Translations under genes and position numbers: made by a program
In this document: one piece after another, positions 56,978 through 64,000 of the stretch
How the letters are laid out: each line of letters starts with the position of its first letter
How positions within the stretch are numbered: the first letter of the stretch is position 1
Assembly (NCBI RefSeq): GCF_009914755.1
Contig: NC_060930.1
Source of the DNA: the human T2T-CHM13v2.0 reference genome, Homo sapiens
Reading direction: 5' to 3' (one strand)
Length of the DNA: 64,000 bases
Notes under the pieces: model-generated
What the model was told of the DNA's origin: nothing
What the model saw: only the letters and a program-made list of their open reading frames with translations
The model's database searches: none

Positions 56978-57550
56978 CAGTAGTCAACTCTTATCTTCAA
57001 GGGATATATTCCAAGACTCCCAATGGATGCTTGAAACCAAGTATAGTACCAAACCTTCTATATACTACGTTTTTTTCTATTTCTATGTTTTTTTTTCTAG
57101 TATAGTACCAAACCTTCTATATACTATGGTTTTTTCTGTTTTCTATATCATACCCATGATAAAGTTTAATTTATAAATTAGGCACAGTAAGAGATTAAAA
57201 ACAAAAACTAATAATTATGTTACTATTATTAAAGAATTAGTAAGTAAACTAAGGGTTACCTGAACACAAGTAGTGCCATACCATGACAGTTGACCTTATA
57301 ACCAAGATGCTCCTGAGTGCCTCACAGGAGGGGCAGCATCTACAGTATAGATATGCTGCACAAAGGGATGATTCGCAGCCCAAGTAGATGAAGCAGGATG
57401 GCATGGGATTTCATTATGCTACTCAGAATCATACACAATTTAAGATTATAAATGGTTTACTTCTGAAATTTTCCATTTAATATTTTTGGACTGCAGTTGA
57501 CTGCAGTAACTGAAACTACAGCAAGTGAAACCATGGCTAATAGAATACTA
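56978..57550 (+). mobile_element. MER44B-type DNA transposon (TcMar-Tigger)
   Basis: TA then CAGTAGTCAACTCTTATC...TCCAAGACTCCCAATGGATGCTTGAAACC...TTATAAATTAGGCACAGTAAGAGATT. Confidence 0.82.
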
Positions 57551-57582
57551 TATAATCATAATAGGAGAATACTATATAAGCT

Positions 57583-58387
57583 TTTCTTTTCTTTTTTTTT
57601 TTTTTTTTTGTTATTGTTGTTGTAGATAGGGTCTCGTTCTGTTGCCCAGAGCGGGGAGCAGTGGCACAACCATGATTCATTGCAGCCTTGACCTCCCATC
57701 TCAGCCTCCCAAGTTGCTGGGACTACAGGCACATGCCACCAAGTCCAGTTAATTTTTTATTTTTTGTTGAGACAAAGTTTTGCCATGTTGCCTAAGCTGG
57801 TCTTGAACTCCTAGGCTCAAACAATTCTCCCACCTTGGCCTCCCAAAGTGCTGGGATTACAGGTGTGAGCCACCATGCCTGGTCTATAACCCCTTCTTAA
57901 TAATATGCTGATATTCTAAGCAGTATAAAAAATGTTGGCCCAAATAGTATACTACTCTGTCAGTCAAGGTCCTACTTTCCCTTGCTAACTTTACCTCCCA
58001 CTATGCTTCCTGGAACATCTGTTGCCCTTTTATACCTCTGTGCCTCTGCCCATGACACTACCTGCAATGTCCTTCTCTCATTTCTACTTTTTTTTTTTTT
58101 TAAGACAGGGTCTTGCTCTGTTGCCCAGGCTGGAATGCAGTGGCACAATCATATCTCACTGCATCCTTGAATTCCTGGGCTGAAGGGATCCTCCTGCCTT
58201 AGCCTCCCAAGTGGCTAGGACTACAGTCACACACCACCATGTCCATCTAATTTAAAAAATATATATTTTTGTAGAGATGGGGGTCTCACTATGTTCCCCA
58301 GGCTGGTCTCAAACTCCTGGGCTCAAGCAATTCTGCCTTGGCTTCCCAAAGTGCTGGGATTACAGGCGTGAGCTGCCTCACTGGCGT
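57583..58387 (-). mobile_element. Two AluJ elements (57583-57885, 58087-58387)
   Basis: Alu consensus. Confidence 0.88.
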
Positions 58388-58814
58388 CATCTCTACTTAT
58401 TGAAATCATGTCCAATAGTACAGGCCTAGGTTCAAAAGGTAGCTCCTCCAGGAAGTCATTTCAAATTCTCCCCAGTAAGATTTATTTTCTTCTTCCTCCA
58501 AGGACTCTATAACTTTATTAAAGCATTTATGTGTCTGTCCTAGGCTGTATTTGTAAATATATCTTTCTCACTCATTAAATTATAAGACTTGAAAAATAAG
58601 AACTGCCTAGCACATAGTTGGTATTCAAAACATCATCTGAATTGGAAGTGATTTTAATTTTTCCAAAGAATATCTAAAAATAGATCTTATTTTATTACAC
58701 AATTACACACAAACCTGCAAAGAAGGTAGAACAGATGTCATCATCCCACCCCGCCGCCTGCCACACACCACTTGACAGATTACTGTAAACATCATAATTA
58801 TTATTATACTAAAC

Positions 58815-59085
58815 AGTTAACATTTCTTGAACACTAAATACGTGTCAGGCATTGAGCTAAGTGCTTTACACAATTTATTTCATTTCATTCTCAAGGCGAC
58901 TATATAAGATAGGTTCTATCATTACCACCAATTTACAGATGAAGAAACTGAACTTCCAAGAGGCAAAGTTTTTCTCCCATATCTGACAGCTAGTAGGTTA
59001 GGGCTAGTAAGTGGCAGAGCTTAGAATCAAACCCAAGTCTATCTAAATCCAAAGCTCATAGTAACTGCTACACTTTTCTGCCTTT
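58815..59085 (-). mobile_element. MIR
   Basis: TGTCAGGCATTGAGCTAAGTGCTTTACA...TTTACAGATGAAGAAACTGA. Confidence 0.8.
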
Positions 59086-59255
59086 CGCTATTTGCTCAGT
59101 TGCCATTAATAAACCATGGTGTCCATGACAGTTTATTTAAACTTAGCAATAAAAAGTATTATCCAGCTTCAAAGATCCCAAAATTCACTAAAATAAAATC
59201 TGACATCTGTACTACTGAACCATAACTGCAACATGAAAATGAAAGAATTACTTAC

Positions 59256-59370
59256 TTGCACAATTTGCCTCCTGCCATGTGGTATTAAAAAATTCTGAGA
59301 GAATCACAACTATTTGCATTCTATCTGCCATTAAGAGACTTCTGGCACAACTCTGACTCTCTGAAGTATT
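59256..59370 (-). CDS. OSTM1: OSTM1 exon 2 (115 nt): [38 protein letters not shown]
   Basis: Polypyrimidine tract plus CAG acceptor 59373-59371, CAA|GTAAGT donor, phase 0-1 joining exon 3. Confidence 0.96.
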
Positions 59371-60023
59371 CTGTAACAAAAAGAAGACAGAAAAATACAA
59401 TCTGAGTATTTTCAGACTTTGCAAACAACTTGAGGCAAAAACCTTACAAAAATAACATTTATTATAAGCTTTTTAACATTTTGTTTGATATGATCAGATG
59501 TTAACATTAATAAAAACAATGATAATAAAGTAATTAGCAGCTAACATTTATTGGTACTAGGTTCACTTGCAAAGGAAGAAAATCTTTGTTATCTAAATAG
59601 TTTGTACCCAGATGGAAAAATATGCTTTTGTAGATCATTTTAATAATGAAAGAAACTCATGCTATGCAAATAATAAATCCAAGTTCCCAAATCATTTGAT
59701 CCTTATCTATTTCCTTTCCTTCGTGCCCCAAGCAAGGAACTAAGTCCTGCTGACCCTTAATTCTTTCAAAGTTATTTAACTCCTACTATTTACTAGGCAC
59801 TATAAAAATCCTGAAGTTCTGAGGATATAAAAAGTATAAAAGAATGCCATCAATTCTGGGGCTTTGAGAACCTCTCGCAGTTACACAGACAAGGAGTTAT
59901 ACAGTGTGATGAATAATAAAAGAGTGGTAACTCCTGGGAAACAAATGGTCAGTCATGTGGGAGAAGAAATGGAAAAAATGAGAAAAGAGGGAGAAAAGGA
60001 AGAATTTCTGCTTTAAAATATAA

Positions 60024-60667
<644 letters not shown>

Positions 60668-61499
60668 TAGTGACCTTGGGCAGCTGACCCAACCTCGCTA
60701 AGGTTCAGATTCAAAATCAGGGGTCCTACACTTACTGTATTAAATGAAATAGCATACATTAATCACTCAGCACACTGTCTGGCACACAGTGACTGATATA
60801 TGCTATTTCACCTAGCTACCATGCTGCCAACCTGAAGTGCTCTAAGTAGGTTTAGTTGGATAAGTGTCATTAGTTGGTTAAGTTGAATCTTCATAAGTAG
60901 GTGACTGGCTATTTTAAAAATCAATACAGTAGAGCCTGTATGAGTGTTCAATGTGTGGAACAGTTCGGTTCAGGAAGATATCAATGTAGTTTTGAGAAAT
61001 TAGGAAAGAGTTCATGAAGGAAGCAGGATATGAACTAAGCCCTATTGAGGAAGAGAAGAGGATTCGAAAATAGAAGAATTAAATGATCATGGGGTAAAAG
61101 TGATAATGATTATGTGGTATTCGGAGAGTATTCAGTAGTCTATGAAAGTAGGGCTATTAAAGGGCTAAGTTAGAACAAGGTTATGAGAGGCCTTGAGGGT
61201 CATGAGAGTTAGCCAGTGAGAAATTCTTTAAGATTTATGAGGAGGGTGTCATGAAAAGCAGTTTGAGGAATACATCTTTAGGCCGTGATATGTAGGGTGA
61301 GGAGGCAGGGAGACTCATTACACTACTTCCATAGATCAGGTATAATGAAAGGATGATGGCAACAGTGAGGACAGAAAGGAAATGATTAATAATCCAAACG
61401 ATGATGAGGTACTTACTACTTACCAGTTCTAAATGTTCCAACTTCATTTCCTTATTTAATCCTCATAACAACTCTATGAAATAGGTAGTGTTAGCTGGG

Positions 61500-62896
61500 T
61501 AGAGGGTAAACTATCAGAGGTGACTGAGAAGGAAGAATTGGAGAGATAAAGAAAAATAAGGAGAGCATGATGTCCTGTAAATCAAGGAAAAGGGAAGGGG
61601 TGGTTATTTGTGTCAAATCCTGCTGAGAGAACTGGAGGTACATCTGTCAACACTGGCAGTATTGGTGACACTAACAAGAATGAATTTGATGGAGTCCTTG
61701 AGTGTGAAAGTGAGATCAGAGTGGGTTGAACAGGGAATGGAAGATGAGGACATGGGAAGAGTGAACCTAGACAACTGCTGAAGAGTTTGGCCTTGATAGG
61801 GAGATAAGAAAGAGAGGTCACTAAAGAGCAATGTGGGACCCATGCGTCATTACCCTGATGCGTGGTTTCTTAAAGCATGATATCCACCTATATATGTTTA
61901 GGTTTCTCTTCTGGACAGATGTCCCTTTAAAATGGAAACTGTCACATCTTTGTATTCCCAACACCTCGCCAAGTGACCAAAAAATCAGTGGTCCTTACTT
62001 ATACTTAGAACTCTTAATACTCAAATCTATCCTAACTACTTAGCAGAACCCTAACCATCTTGAAGCCAGCCATTTCCTTTGATCATGCCTGCACCCAGGA
62101 AGTCAGGAGCTGCTGGCAAAAAATTAACAACACAGATTAATTCCACAGTAAATCCATAATCCCAAACCGTACTCCTCACTTTTCTGTCTGCTCATTCTCT
62201 CCTTTTTACAACCGCTATTTCAAATCCTCTCCACTCTCCCAGAAACTCTATCTCTCTCCCACTCTTTACTCTCAAAAGAAGATCTAGCCTCCTGGATAAC
62301 AGAAGCCTTCGAGCTGAAACTCTAACCTGCCTACCCCTACATGCAACCTCTCCTTCTACCCTCCCATTAAGGTGGGGAAGGCACCTGTCCTTTTCAAGGC
62401 CCATCTCTCTGAGGATGCCCTAGATCCCATCTATCCTGCCTTTTCTGGAAACTGACCTTGTCTGCTTCCCACTCCCTCCTACAGAATCTTCACTTTCTCT
62501 AAAGGACCCTTACTATCAACATTTAAACATGTCCAGCTCTCTCCCATCTTGGACAAGGAAGAAGGGAAGGCAGGACAGAGGAATGGAGGGACGGGAATGG
62601 AAAGAAATGATAGAAAGTCAGCCTGGCACCGTGGCTCACGCCTGTAATCCCAGTACTTTGGGAGGCCGAGGCAGGCAGATCACCTAAGGTCAGGAGTTCG
62701 AGACCAGTCCAGCCAACCTGGTGAAACCCCATCTCTACTAAAAGTATAAAATTAGCTGGGTGTGGTGGTGCACACCCATAGTCCCAGCTACTCAGGAGGC
62801 TGAGGCTGGAGAATCGCTTGAACCTGGGATGGTGGAGGTTGCAGTGAGCCGAGATTGTGCCATGCACTCCAGCTTGGCAGACAGAGCGAGCCTCTG

Positions 62897-62927
<31 letters not shown>

Positions 62928-63298
62928 TAGAGAAAGAGAAATGAAAGAAAGTCTCTGAGTCCCACATTGCTCTTTAGTGACTTCTCTTTCTTATCTCCCC
63001 ATCAAGGCCAAACTCTTCAGCAGTTGTCTAGGTTCACTCTTCCCATGTCCTCATCTTCCAATCCCTGTTCAACCCACTCTGATCTCACTTTCGTACCCAA
63101 GGACTCCATCAAATTCACTCTTGTTAGTGTCACCAATACTGCCAGTGTTCACAGATATATCTCCAATTCTCTCAGCAGGATTTGACACAAATAACCACCC
63201 CTTCCCTTTTCCTTGATTTACAGGGCATCATGCTCTCCTCATTCTTCTTTATCTCTCCAATTCTTCCTTCTCAGTCACCTTTGAGAGTTTACCCTCTA
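61500..63298. repeat. Long inverted repeat: arms 61500-61839 and 62959-63298, spacer 1119 bp
   Basis: Manual alignment: 340 bp, no gaps, 16 mismatches. Confidence 0.95.
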
Positions 63299-64000
63299 TT
63301 TAATCTTAAACTCTTAGTGTTCCTACTCATTCTTCAGGTATGTTCACCCATGTCATAATTTCAAATGCCATGTTTATGCCGACACTCCCAAAGGTGTTAT
63401 CTCCAGTCCAGTCCTCTAGATGTGTATATTCAACCACATAGGCAATCAATATATCCACTTAGAAAGCTCATAAACACCTCAAAATCAACACGTTCAAAAC
63501 TGAGTTAATGATCTTCGCCCACTAAACAGACTCCTCCCTCCAGCTCAGTAAATGACAACCCTATTCATTAAGCTGCTCTTATTAAAACCCTGGAAATCAT
63601 CACTACCTTTTCCTTACTCCCCACATTCAATTAACCTCCAAGCCTGTAATTTCTGCCTCCTAAGTATCTCTGAAATCCACCCATTTCTCCACATCATGAT
63701 GGCCCCCACATAGCCTAGACACCACTGTCTCTCACACCACTGCAACAGTCTCCTAATTCATCTCCCCACATATCTTCTTCCCCTACCCTCCCCAGCCCCT
63801 ACCCTCTCCATTTTCTGTCACATAGCCAGCATAGCCTTTTAAAGTACAAATCTGATTATGTCATTCCACAGAATTAAACCTTTCACTAACGTCATACTGC
63901 TTTAAAATCAAAGTCTAAAATCCTTAACATACCCTACAAGGCCCACATGACCTGGCACCTGTGTACTTCCTTAGGCTCAGACCACGGGTTTCCTTCTTGC
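62040..64000 (+). mobile_element. L2 (LINE-2) fragment interrupted by AluS (+, 62620-62940)
   Basis: C/T-rich L2 motifs (CACCTCAAAATCAACACGTTCAAAACTGA, AAATCTGATTATGTCATTCC, AAAATCAAAGTCTAAAATCCTTAACAT). Confidence 0.75.

Overview
Primate (human-like) genomic DNA, very rich in Alu, LTR, L1, L2 and MIR repeats. The right half carries the 3' part of OSTM1 on the minus strand: coding exons 2-6 with canonical GT-AG junctions that join in frame, and a 3' UTR of about 3.4 kb with proximal and distal polyA signals. Exon 1 lies beyond the window end. The left edge holds the 5' part of an RPL3 processed pseudogene on the minus strand. The intergenic stretch contains two full-length THE1 (ERVL-MaLR) proviral elements, a MER41-type LTR nested in one of them, other solo LTRs and old L1 fragments. 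An RNY1 retropseudogene lies in OSTM1 intron 2. I see no CRISPR array, prokaryotic system or convincing novel protein-coding gene. The most unusual structure is an ungapped 340-bp, about 95% identical inverted duplication of ancient L2-like sequence in OSTM1 intron 1. Other candidates are an inverted Alu pair confined to the long 3' UTR isoform, a near-identical trimeric Alu duplication, a 21-bp phased motif array and a possible poison exon. Repeat subfamily names come from remembered consensus sequences, not a database search, and most repeat boundaries are approximate.
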